From positions 64,001 to 128,000 of the IMG/VR virus record IMGVR_UViG_3300027861_000001: DNA of 64,000 bases. The stretch is one strand, 5' to 3'. Position numbers and translations under genes: made by a program. Shown one piece after another: positions 32,197 through 41,510 of the stretch (positions within the stretch are counted from its first letter, which is position 1; every line of letters starts with the position of its first letter). Source of the stretch: a virus. Below the pieces are notes generated by a model. That model was not told where the DNA came from. It did not search any database and saw only the letters and a list, made by a program, of their open reading frames with translations.

Positions 32197-35100
32197 TTAA
32201 TTTGGTATTCTCAAATATTTGAAACCTGCTCCACCGCTATCATTTGCTCCGACTGACACGAGCTCTAATGCTCCATCAGCATTTATATAGACTCCATCCG
32301 TCCCGTCCAATTGGAGCATCTCAGTATCAACACCACCATCCATAACATAGAATCGCAACCTCGACTGCTCTGAACCGTCAGTCACTACCCTGAGTCCACA
32401 ATCAATATGGGCATACTGGATTTCCTCGGTAGCATCATTCTCGCCAGCAAACCGAATCTTCGCTGGTATATCAGCAGCAGCAGGTGAAGCTGAGTTCGTG
32501 TAAATGTCTAGTAAAGCACCGGAAACTCCATCGGTAGCACACTGAATCCGAAGTCCATAATTGGAGTCAGAAGCATAGAGGATGTTTTGTCCGCTACCTG
32601 TCAACTTCAGCTTCGAAACAGGGGTGCTACCGTGTTCGGTTACTTGAAAATCAAGCAATCCGTCTGAGTCCCCCCATGAATTATCTAATATGCTACATAG
32701 TATTTGTGAATAGGTTACTGCTCCAACGGTGTCATTGCCTTTGATAACAATGCTGGCGACTGCATCATTAATTGCTGGAGAAGCGGAATCGGTATATAAG
32801 GTCAGTGTTGCTCCAGTTGCCCCGTCCTGAGTATTAGTGATGTAAAGCCCTGTTTCTGCTGTGGTGGTATAGAAATAATTTTCAGTGTCATCGAGCCGGA
32901 ACTTCCTGAGCATTGAGCCATCGTGTATGACATAGAAAGACATTCGTCCATCTTCCGCACCATTCGCAGGATTAGCTATAACACCATCAATCCTTACAAA
33001 ATCATGGTTAGCAGAAGCATCATTCTCCCCACGCCACTCAATAGACCCTATGACATCACCGGCGGCTGGAGAAGCAGAGTTCTGATAAAGAGTTAAATAT
33101 GCCCCAGTAGCTCCATCCTGAGTGTTGGTGATATAAAGTCCAGTGTTTGCTGCCGTGGTATAGAGGTAATTGTCTCCGCCACCATACATTTGGAACCTTT
33201 GCTTTTCAGCACCAGCTTCCATCAAATAGATGCTTACACCGCCATCTTCCGCACCATTTGTAGGATCATAAATGTATCCTACAATGTATGCATATACGTG
33301 GTTATTCGAAGCACTATCTTCACCACGAAAAGATACCTTGCCTATATTATCCCAAGCTGCGGGACTAGCTGAATTTTGATATAAAGTAAGTATTGCACCA
33401 CCAGAAGAATCTTGGGTATTGGTGATATAAAGACCGGTATTTGCTATTGTGGTATAGAGGTAGTTGTCTCCGCCACCATCCATTCTGAACTTCTCAACCC
33501 AACCACCATCCTCAGTAACATACATCCTAATGCGACCATCTTCGGAGCCATTTGTTGGGTCACCAATCTGTCCATAAATAGCAGCATAATTAAGAGTATT
33601 GTCTCCGCTATCTTTACCAGAGAAAGCCAGATAGCCGACACTATCATTAGTTGCTGGTGAAGCTGATACCTGCCTTAATGTCAAGGAACATCCTGTTGCT
33701 CCATCCTCGGTATTCTGGATTACCATACCTAAACCAGAACCAGCAGTATAAAAATAATGAGTCCAACTTGCCCCAAGTCGTGCAGCGAGGGTGATTGCTC
33801 CATCTTTCATGGCGTAAAAGTCAAGCAATCCATCCTCAGAACCATTGGACGAGTCATAAATAAGTCCTTCAATCTTAGCGTAAATAGTTTGATTCGAGGC
33901 ATCATCTTCACCCTTGAAATCAATCCGCCCGACAGTATCCCACGTAGCAGGAGAAGCTGAGTCTTGCCTGAGAATAAGTATTGCACCCGTAGTTCCGTCC
34001 TGTGTGCTGATAATATCAACACCGACACCACCAGTTACTGTCAATACTTGCAAACTTTGAGTTAAGGTTGGAGTAATTTGGTCTATATTGATTATACCAT
34101 TACCCTGCATATCTATGTCTTTTGTTACATACATTCCAGAGAACGTTGGAGTTGCTCCAATTGTTACATCTTGATCTATATACGTGTGGTCAGAACCATC
34201 ACTTGACACGTGTGTATAGGCAGCATCCCACTCTGTTTGTAGTACATGAGCTGGAATAGTTCCTGACAAAGCTGCTGCTGATAAGTTATCACCAGTATTC
34301 CATTGTGTAGACCCTACAGCAAAGTTTTGTCCTGTTGGTAATGTTAAAGCACCAGCAGCACCAAGTGTTACGTTATCAAGCCAACCTGTTAGCTCTGTAT
34401 GTTCGCTGTTTGTTAGGTGATAATACTCATTAGCAGTACCACCATCTAAACCTCCTAAACCATTATGCACGGTAACACCGGCAGACACCACACCACCGTT
34501 CCAAGGAGTACTAATATTTGTAAAACTAGATGTTTCGTTCTTTGCTATAGTTATTCTAGCTATTAATAACCCAACTGAAATTACTTTATTAGGTAACCCT
34601 TCAGGAACTGTTGAGTCAAGAGCGTCTGCCAATGTATAACTATCTTGTCCCATTATAACGTGAACATCACCATCATCATGTTGATATACCCAAAATACAC
34701 CATATTTGTTATTATCTAATGTTGCAGGAGTTCCACTATCATCATCGTATACTGTGTTTGGTATTTGTGTTTCCCCTGTAGACTCAGTCCAACCTGTACC
34801 ACCGTCTCTATACCACAAAGAAAATGTGTCAGTGTCTGACGTGTCTGTAGCTACTGTAACGTGCCTTTTTTGTGCTATATACATCACACCAGCAGTTATG
34901 TCTAGATTACGATCTCCTGTTTCTGTTAAAACCATTCCAGAAGCTCTTTGTAATCCGTAAAGTTCCCACATTCTATAACCAAGAATGTGTGGATTATTCA
35001 TATAATATTGCCCTGCTGCTACTATATGAAGCTCATTATCGTCCCTATAAACACGACCAATAATAAATTCATCATTAAAGCTTACGCTGTTTAAATCAGT

Positions 35101-36816
35101 TGTTGAAGACACTACTGGAGTACCACCACTATAACCAACATATATCCAGTTGGCAGCATTGTTAGTTAAGTCTATATTATCAGCACCAGCAAAGTCGAAA
35201 TTAACAAGATCACCTATTTCATTGTCTGTTGTTCTAATTAAACCAGTACCAGAGGCTACAGCAATTTGACCAGAATCAGAGTCTGTAATTTCAAAACCAG
35301 TAATAACACCGGCTGAAAAAGTATTACTTATATGTGCTTGTACACTGTCGAACGAAGGAGTACCAATACCATCAAGACCTATGAGAGACGCCCCAGCTGA
35401 TCCATATGTTGTAGAGTTTAACTCTGTTTGTCTATAATAAATATCATCTTTTACTTTAAGAGTATCAGACTCTATTTCTATAGTATCATCATCAACATTT
35501 ACTGATATTGTTCTATTCTCTGCTATTGTTCCTCCACCAGTAAGACCATCACCAGCAGATATTGTTACTGTAGTATGATCAATATGTTCATCAGCAACAA
35601 AATTGGCTAAGTCATTATGATCTATTTCATTATCAACAGTAGAAATTAATACGGTATCACCAGCATCAGTCTCTACTAAGATTCCACCATTACCTTCAAT
35701 TGTAAGTGTATCACCATGTTCAATTACTTGATCTGTTCCAGATTCGGCAGCTACAGTAAAGTAATAAATCCCGCTTGGTGCAGCATTTACCCAATAACCT
35801 GTTGCTGAATCATATTGAAGAAAGTCGTTGTCAGCCACACTAATAATACTTACATCTCTAAGTTCATTAATATCTGTATTTGCAGCAACAGTGTCTGCCA
35901 ACCCTGATAGTGTAGTATTTACCCACTGACCTCCGCTGTACATTATAAGCTCACCAGTGATAGGTGAATCTATAGCTACATCGTTTAAGTCATCTAAACT
36001 ACCACTACCAGACACAGTAATCATAGTTCCATCTGCTGCAACGCTAACAAAACCAATACCAGATACAGTAAGTTCTCCTGTTAAATCATTTACTTTATTA
36101 ACGATTGATTCATAATTCCATTTGGTATTGGAATCTTTGTAAATTAAAGCATCACCGTCTGCCAAAGTACCAGACATTACATAGTGATTCAATATTTGCT
36201 CTGCGTTCCAATGGGCGGTTTCTGACCCAACCATATAGTATTCCACGTCATGTGGATTTGTAGTATCTAATATGTGAGTATCAATATCGTCATGGCTATA
36301 CAAACCAATATTTTGTAGTAAATCGTGATCTATTTCCGTATCAACGAATGTTAAGTTAACATTATTATCACTACCGGAGACTGAGATAACTGAGTCTCCA
36401 AGTATTTTCTTGAACTCTAGGTCTACTCCAGCTTTTTGCTTGAAGATTCCGACACCACTAACACCAACGTTTGAGGCAGTATTGTCCTCACCAACTTCAT
36501 CAGGACTAAATCCTGAGACAGTTATGGTTTGTCCATCTTCACTTATAGTTACACCACCAGACCCTGCTAGCGTGGCAACACCAGCAACGCTGTTAATGGT
36601 TTGTACATAAACACCACTCAATCCACCTGGAGCAGAAGAAAACTCTAAACCGTCTTCTCCAGCTGTAACCCTAACAAATTGCATTGCTGCACCACTATAA
36701 CTATCAGGTGTATCTTCTAAACCAGTAAAATCATACCCACTAACTGTGTGCCCAGATACAGCTTCATACAATTGTCGTGTTAATATCGGACCTACCGAAT
36801 CATGATAAACTAACAT
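32197..36816 (-). CDS. Large tail fibre / receptor-binding protein
   Basis: 1539 aa; DTPDSYSG..FVRV..GEDGLEF, LDDLNDV and GDGLTGGG fibre motifs; C-terminal repeats. Confidence 0.8.
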   Translation of the reverse strand: MLVYHDSVGPILTRQLYEAVSGHTVSGYDFTGLEDTPDSYSGAAMQFVRVTAGEDGLEFSSAPGGLSGVYVQTINSVAGVATLAGSGGVTISEDGQTITVSGFSPDEVGEDNTASNVGVSGVGIFKQKAGVDLEFKKILGDSVISVSGSDNNVNLTFVDTEIDHDLLQNIGLYSHDDIDTHILDTTNPHDVEYYMVGSETAHWNAEQILNHYVMSGTLADGDALIYKDSNTKWNYESIVNKVNDLTGELTVSGIGFVSVAADGTMITVSGSGSLDDLNDVAIDSPITGELIMYSGGQWVNTTLSGLADTVAANTDINELRDVSIISVADNDFLQYDSATGYWVNAAPSGIYYFTVAAESGTDQVIEHGDTLTIEGNGGILVETDAGDTVLISTVDNEIDHNDLANFVADEHIDHTTVTISAGDGLTGGGTIAENRTISVNVDDDTIEIESDTLKVKDDIYYRQTELNSTTYGSAGASLIGLDGIGTPSFDSVQAHISNTFSAGVITGFEITDSDSGQIAVASGTGLIRTTDNEIGDLVNFDFAGADNIDLTNNAANWIYVGYSGGTPVVSSTTDLNSVSFNDEFIIGRVYRDDNELHIVAAGQYYMNNPHILGYRMWELYGLQRASGMVLTETGDRNLDITAGVMYIAQKRHVTVATDTSDTDTFSLWYRDGGTGWTESTGETQIPNTVYDDDSGTPATLDNNKYGVFWVYQHDDGDVHVIMGQDSYTLADALDSTVPEGLPNKVISVGLLIARITIAKNETSSFTNISTPWNGGVVSAGVTVHNGLGGLDGGTANEYYHLTNSEHTELTGWLDNVTLGAAGALTLPTGQNFAVGSTQWNTGDNLSAAALSGTIPAHVLQTEWDAAYTHVSSDGSDHTYIDQDVTIGATPTFSGMYVTKDIDMQGNGIINIDQITPTLTQSLQVLTVTGGVGVDIISTQDGTTGAILILRQDSASPATWDTVGRIDFKGEDDASNQTIYAKIEGLIYDSSNGSEDGLLDFYAMKDGAITLAARLGASWTHYFYTAGSGLGMVIQNTEDGATGCSLTLRQVSASPATNDSVGYLAFSGKDSGDNTLNYAAIYGQIGDPTNGSEDGRIRMYVTEDGGWVEKFRMDGGGDNYLYTTIANTGLYITNTQDSSGGAILTLYQNSASPAAWDNIGKVSFRGEDSASNNHVYAYIVGYIYDPTNGAEDGGVSIYLMEAGAEKQRFQMYGGGDNYLYTTAANTGLYITNTQDGATGAYLTLYQNSASPAAGDVIGSIEWRGENDASANHDFVRIDGVIANPANGAEDGRMSFYVIHDGSMLRKFRLDDTENYFYTTTAETGLYITNTQDGATGATLTLYTDSASPAINDAVASIVIKGNDTVGAVTYSQILCSILDNSWGDSDGLLDFQVTEHGSTPVSKLKLTGSGQNILYASDSNYGLRIQCATDGVSGALLDIYTNSASPAAADIPAKIRFAGENDATEEIQYAHIDCGLRVVTDGSEQSRLRFYVMDGGVDTEMLQLDGTDGVYINADGALELVSVGANDSGGAGFKYLRIPN
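32290..34030 (-). repeat. Six ~98-aa tandem repeats in the fibre C-terminus (boundaries approximate)
   Basis: Unit TQDGATGAxLTLYQNSASPAAxD...GExD...DPTNGxEDG. Confidence 0.85.
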
Positions 36817-36843
36817 TCACTTACCTCCAACCAACTCCGATGG

Positions 36844-37008
36844 TTATTCAACCACCTCTTCTTCCTTTTCTCTACTCTCTATCTGTCTGACTTGAGATGC
36901 TAAAGCACTAATAAGTATATGCAGGGCTTCTTCTATAGTTAAATCTCCTGCAAAGTTAATGCTCCCATCTGCTTGATCAAGCGCAAACGAAAAAAATCTT
37001 GTATTCAT
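36844..37008 (-). CDS. 54-aa protein (not in ORF track)
   Basis: MNTRFFSFALDQADGSINFAGDLTIEEALHILISALASQVRQ...; AGGAGAGG RBS. Confidence 0.6.
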   Translation of the reverse strand: MNTRFFSFALDQADGSINFAGDLTIEEALHILISALASQVRQIESREKEEEVVE

Positions 37009-37022
37009 TATTTCCTCTCCTA

Positions 37023-38264
37023 TTAAGTAACATCTGACCCTAAAACCATCCAGTCACTGCTTGGATTAACTACAATAGTTTTATCACCGTAACTATATCC
37101 AATCATTCTAACAAGCTCACCTTGTAATGAAGGTGCTGTTTCCGAAAATTCACCATCAACCCCAAGATATAAAGGTTCTCCGTAGTTCAAGTCACCATAT
37201 TCTGCTCTTACATACCCGACCAAAACTATGTGAGTTTGTGTCCCGTCAACTACAGCAACCCCAAGTAAACTTTTTCCTCTTTCATAATCATACTCGTCTG
37301 CGTTAGATGCTGGTAACCACGTACCACTATCACAAAAGCAAACCATACCTGTAGATATAGAACCAGAAGTAGTTACATTATAAACAACTGTTCCACCATA
37401 CAAGTTTGAATCATTAATAGAGTAACCATCACCTTTAAGTTGAATAAAGTTTCTAGTGTCTGGGCCTGTTGTAACATACATCCATGACCATAATTCCAAC
37501 GGAACAGAACCATGAATCCACATCTTATAACCTGTTCCTGTGTACGTATTTGTACCACACCCAACAGTTCCACCGACACCGTCTACACTACTTAAAATAG
37601 ATAGTCTACCAGCTCCACCGCAAACTGTTATGCCATCCTCATCTAAAACTACATCACCACCAGCTGCATAAAAATGGCCATCCACTGTGCTTAACTCTAC
37701 TTGTAACTCATTGTTGTGGTATCCCTGTAATCCAAGGTAAGACATGTCCATTCGACTGCTACCTTCTGTCCGAACACCGTTCTCATCAATGATAAATCCT
37801 CTTGCCGATAACCTAATTTTTCCAGGTTCAAACTCACTCATCTGTGTCCAGTGAACCTTTTTCCAGTGTGTACCATCACCTAGGTCGTCTAAACTCTTCC
37901 CACCAAAAAACGTATGATATGCACCTTCTGGAATCTTGTCACTTGTAAAGCTACCATCAACATACGTTCTTTCTGTTAATTGAATATAACCAGCCGTAAT
38001 CTCTGTTGATAAAAGCTTGGCATAAAGAGTTCCATCATCAATATTATCAAGGTTACCAACTCCAATCCATGTTAAATCGATTAGTCCTTCTACAGTCAAT
38101 CCAGCTACATTTAGATGTTTGGCTTTTAAATGTCCAACTAAGTAGTTGTCTAAATTAAGCCAATTATCTAATTTAAAAGACTTTTCTGCCTCGGTTATCG
38201 AATCTACAACATATTTTGAAACGTCTTGCGAATCTTTAGTAGTAAGTGTTCTTCGTTTTACCAT
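37023..38264 (-). CDS. Minor tail protein
   Basis: FYAAGGDVVLDEDGI; C-terminal GEPLYLG..GE...TAP cement-like motif; position. Confidence 0.65.
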   Translation of the reverse strand: MVKRRTLTTKDSQDVSKYVVDSITEAEKSFKLDNWLNLDNYLVGHLKAKHLNVAGLTVEGLIDLTWIGVGNLDNIDDGTLYAKLLSTEITAGYIQLTERTYVDGSFTSDKIPEGAYHTFFGGKSLDDLGDGTHWKKVHWTQMSEFEPGKIRLSARGFIIDENGVRTEGSSRMDMSYLGLQGYHNNELQVELSTVDGHFYAAGGDVVLDEDGITVCGGAGRLSILSSVDGVGGTVGCGTNTYTGTGYKMWIHGSVPLELWSWMYVTTGPDTRNFIQLKGDGYSINDSNLYGGTVVYNVTTSGSISTGMVCFCDSGTWLPASNADEYDYERGKSLLGVAVVDGTQTHIVLVGYVRAEYGDLNYGEPLYLGVDGEFSETAPSLQGELVRMIGYSYGDKTIVVNPSSDWMVLGSDVT

Positions 38265-38273
38265 TATTCACCA

Positions 38274-41084
38274 TTAAATCATTGGGTCAACCCACGTAAA
38301 AGAGTTTCCTATAACACCAAAGGAAGGATTCCATCCTGTTGTTAAAACATGACTATTGTTGGTATAAGTTAGTGTACAACCTTCTGATACTTTAATCCAA
38401 TACTCCCAACCTGGTTCTATTGCTACTAAATCCCTCAGCGTAATGTCTGGATCGTAGAGCAACCATTCTGTACCAGTCCAAGCCCAAACAATTTCTAAGT
38501 AATCTGATATGCTAGCTGTTTGTACTGTTATAGAGTCATATCCAGGTGCAGGATTAATTTCTCCTTCATCGTCGATAGCTACTGTATAGTTAAAACCAGC
38601 AGCCACATTAGAGAAATTTTCATTCCTTATCTTTAATGCAGTCTTACCCCAATCCGATGTGACATATAACCCTGAAGCAGTACCAACCAAAGCAAAACTA
38701 GAGTAAACATCAGTATCTATTGACTGAACTGCTCCATCTAAAGATGCCCCCGTAGTAAAGTTAAATCTACCAGAGCTAGCTTGCCCATCGTAAACTAAAA
38801 GGTCACTACCAGAACTGAGTACAGTGTCTTCTGAATCGTATACGTTGAATCCTACTCTTTTATTACCACCAGTCGGAACACTACTTCCTGTATACCAATC
38901 AGTACTAGTACCAAACTCTGAATTGCGAGCAAATCCATTGTCACCCCACACAATTTGAATCTCTGTATCTCTCACAAACAAGTCAGTAATCGTACCGCTT
39001 ACCGCATAACTAAGATGCCAGTTCCAAATGTTACTTTCAGTGTTAGTCCAAACGCTACCACCCTCAGCTACAACAGCACTGTACAAACCAGTGCTGAATG
39101 TACTGGCGTTTATATCAGTTATAATGTTATCAAATGTATGTGCTGGTATTGTTAGAAGATTTGTTGATCCTGTAGCAATTACATTTTTGTGTAACAATAA
39201 ACTTGCCCCAGATGCGACCCAGAACCATGCTGTATCTCCTTCCCAAGACTGTTTAAAACCTCTACCTGGAACAATAGCTACTGCCCAGACAGACGCTGTA
39301 TGAGTATAAACTTCAACAATTGTAGTGGATACCCCAACCTCTGGTACAGTGTAAACTCTACCGTCCGATAACCCTACTACTCCAACATTAGTTTCTCTGT
39401 CTGCATCTAAAGCTGTAACAGTTGCAGGAAATACAGAAGTAAACCACGTATCACCACCATTTTTTGTGTGATATACATTAGAACCAGATGCTGCCATTAT
39501 AACAGCGGCTGTAATGTCCACTGGTGTATCAGGAAGAACGTTAAAAAGAGAAATGCTAATAGTCTCTGTGTCTGTAGTTCCATGAATATCCGTAACCGTT
39601 AATGTTACAGGTAAAGTTGTTTGGGCTATATTTGTAACAGTATAAGAATTCTTAACTGTGGTAGCATCAGAGTAACCATCGCATTCCCACAAATAAGTTA
39701 AAGATGTTCCGTCAGGAGATACTGAACCACTAGCATCTACATAAACCACTTTAACATAATCAGAATCGGTCTTGACCATATTAATGTACCATTGGAATGT
39801 AGCAATAGGTTTCCAATACATAGCTGCCGGAGCTTCTGAACCTAATCCACCAGCTAAGTCAATATCTGTAATCCAAGATACCCCATTAAAATTGTGGTTA
39901 TACCCACCTACCACATAGTTTCTTCCACCAGGTGCCGAGTAGTCATCAACTATCTTTATAGTTCTACCAACCTCTATCCTAGAATCTCCTTCAATTCGTA
40001 CACTCCCAGTATATTGAAGTCTATTTAAGTCATCATAAACTCTTGTAGCTATATCTGTAACAATATCAATACCATCAAGATAATCAGACTTTATTTCTGC
40101 TCGTCTATATTCTGGTGGAGTAGTAACAAACTTAGATTCCCCGAAAACTACAACACGTTCTTCAGCTCCTTCAACAACAATATAATTCCTCGTTCCGTCA
40201 TCCGATACGGTAGTGGAAACCTCTATGATGCTTCCTTGTGAATAAAGTTCAGGGCTTTGATTATCAAAGAATATAGGAAAAGCATATTCCTCACTGTTCC
40301 ATGTTCTGGCATTTCTGGTTGCACCAGCATTCTTATACACAAGGTTTGTTTCGCTTATAGCAATATTTTGGATAAGTTGACACCTAACTTGACCAGAAGG
40401 GTCAGCCCATATCCTGTACCCAGTCTTACCACAAATCTGATCAATAATGTCTATGGCGGACATGTAATAAAACTCTGCTGGGTTGTTATTACCTATTATT
40501 GGACACAATCCTTGCCCGTAATCTGGGAAGTCTAAAGTGTAACGAGAAGAAGGAATTCCACTTTCTTCTAATGCAGTAGAAATAATAACCTCAGCTGTCC
40601 GTTCACTTTCTGGTTGCCCACCATACCCATCTGCATCCACAGTAATGTGATACACTTTCTTGTTCTCTTCAAGATAGTAATTCATCTCACACAGTTTTAA
40701 TATGTCTTGACACGCAACCTCAGTTATACCAGGTTCGTCTGTCATAGTTATCTTTTGAATAAAACCATAAAAGGTTGTCTTTAAAGTATTTAACTTGTTC
40801 CAACCTTGCCTAACTCTAACACGATCCATCGGTTTCCAATCAATCTTATTCAGAAATTCATCATAAGCATCTATAACTTGAAAAGTACACATACCAGAAC
40901 GTTGATTAGCACCGTATGTAATTTTACAATTAACTACATCAGGTTTATACTCTATTCCAGCATAGGCATCAGGAGTTCTAAGAGACTCAACCCCCAAAGC
41001 ATTTTTCCAAATACTTATCTCTATTAAAGGAGTTTTTACCCTTTTGTCGTACTCTTCTGCAATATACTCGTCAACTTCTGCCAT
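38274..41084 (-). CDS. Baseplate hub / tail-tip protein with PKD and beta-propeller-like regions
   Basis: Hub-like N-terminal half (WADPSG, GDSRIEVGRTI); PKD DASGSVSPDG..LTYLW..VTLTVTD; Asp-box TKNGGDTW and TSDWGKT. Confidence 0.72.
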   Translation of the reverse strand: MAEVDEYIAEEYDKRVKTPLIEISIWKNALGVESLRTPDAYAGIEYKPDVVNCKITYGANQRSGMCTFQVIDAYDEFLNKIDWKPMDRVRVRQGWNKLNTLKTTFYGFIQKITMTDEPGITEVACQDILKLCEMNYYLEENKKVYHITVDADGYGGQPESERTAEVIISTALEESGIPSSRYTLDFPDYGQGLCPIIGNNNPAEFYYMSAIDIIDQICGKTGYRIWADPSGQVRCQLIQNIAISETNLVYKNAGATRNARTWNSEEYAFPIFFDNQSPELYSQGSIIEVSTTVSDDGTRNYIVVEGAEERVVVFGESKFVTTPPEYRRAEIKSDYLDGIDIVTDIATRVYDDLNRLQYTGSVRIEGDSRIEVGRTIKIVDDYSAPGGRNYVVGGYNHNFNGVSWITDIDLAGGLGSEAPAAMYWKPIATFQWYINMVKTDSDYVKVVYVDASGSVSPDGTSLTYLWECDGYSDATTVKNSYTVTNIAQTTLPVTLTVTDIHGTTDTETISISLFNVLPDTPVDITAAVIMAASGSNVYHTKNGGDTWFTSVFPATVTALDADRETNVGVVGLSDGRVYTVPEVGVSTTIVEVYTHTASVWAVAIVPGRGFKQSWEGDTAWFWVASGASLLLHKNVIATGSTNLLTIPAHTFDNIITDINASTFSTGLYSAVVAEGGSVWTNTESNIWNWHLSYAVSGTITDLFVRDTEIQIVWGDNGFARNSEFGTSTDWYTGSSVPTGGNKRVGFNVYDSEDTVLSSGSDLLVYDGQASSGRFNFTTGASLDGAVQSIDTDVYSSFALVGTASGLYVTSDWGKTALKIRNENFSNVAAGFNYTVAIDDEGEINPAPGYDSITVQTASISDYLEIVWAWTGTEWLLYDPDITLRDLVAIEPGWEYWIKVSEGCTLTYTNNSHVLTTGWNPSFGVIGNSFTWVDPMI

Positions 41085-41090
41085 TATATA

Positions 41091-41507
41091 TTAATCCATC
41101 TTTAAAATGGTCATTGTAACGTCCCAAGAATCTTCCCCATCTCCCACTGAAGCTGTAGCTAATACTGGCCGAAAAACTGCACTAAAATCAATAATTAAGC
41201 ACTGAAACGGTTCAGTAACAGAACTGCCAGGGTCTCCAGGGTAGTAAAGATGATCCCAACATGTATCTATTATGTTTCTAGCATAATATAAGGTTTCTAA
41301 TTCCCTCATCATACTACCAGCTATTGCCGTAAATTTTAACACACGCGTAGCACCATCGAAACCACCAATTTGAACGCTTGGAACAGTCGAACCTACAAAG
41401 TTAATTTGTTCATGTCTTAATGACCGTACCCAGTAAGTATCTCCTCCAGCCCTGTCTGGATTACGTACAAATGTATAATCACCAAGAACCCATCTATTTA
41501 CAGCCAT
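41091..41507 (-). CDS. Distal tail protein-like
   Basis: YTFVRNP; directly after tape measure. Confidence 0.55.
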   Translation of the reverse strand: MAVNRWVLGDYTFVRNPDRAGGDTYWVRSLRHEQINFVGSTVPSVQIGGFDGATRVLKFTAIAGSMMRELETLYYARNIIDTCWDHLYYPGDPGSSVTEPFQCLIIDFSAVFRPVLATASVGDGEDSWDVTMTILKMD

Positions 41508-41510
41508 TTT

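Noticed and set aside
32197-41084. Diversity-generating retroelement acting on tail genes
   Set aside because: No reverse transcriptase and no adenine-specific TR/VR pair were seen; the fibre repeats are in-frame protein repeats.
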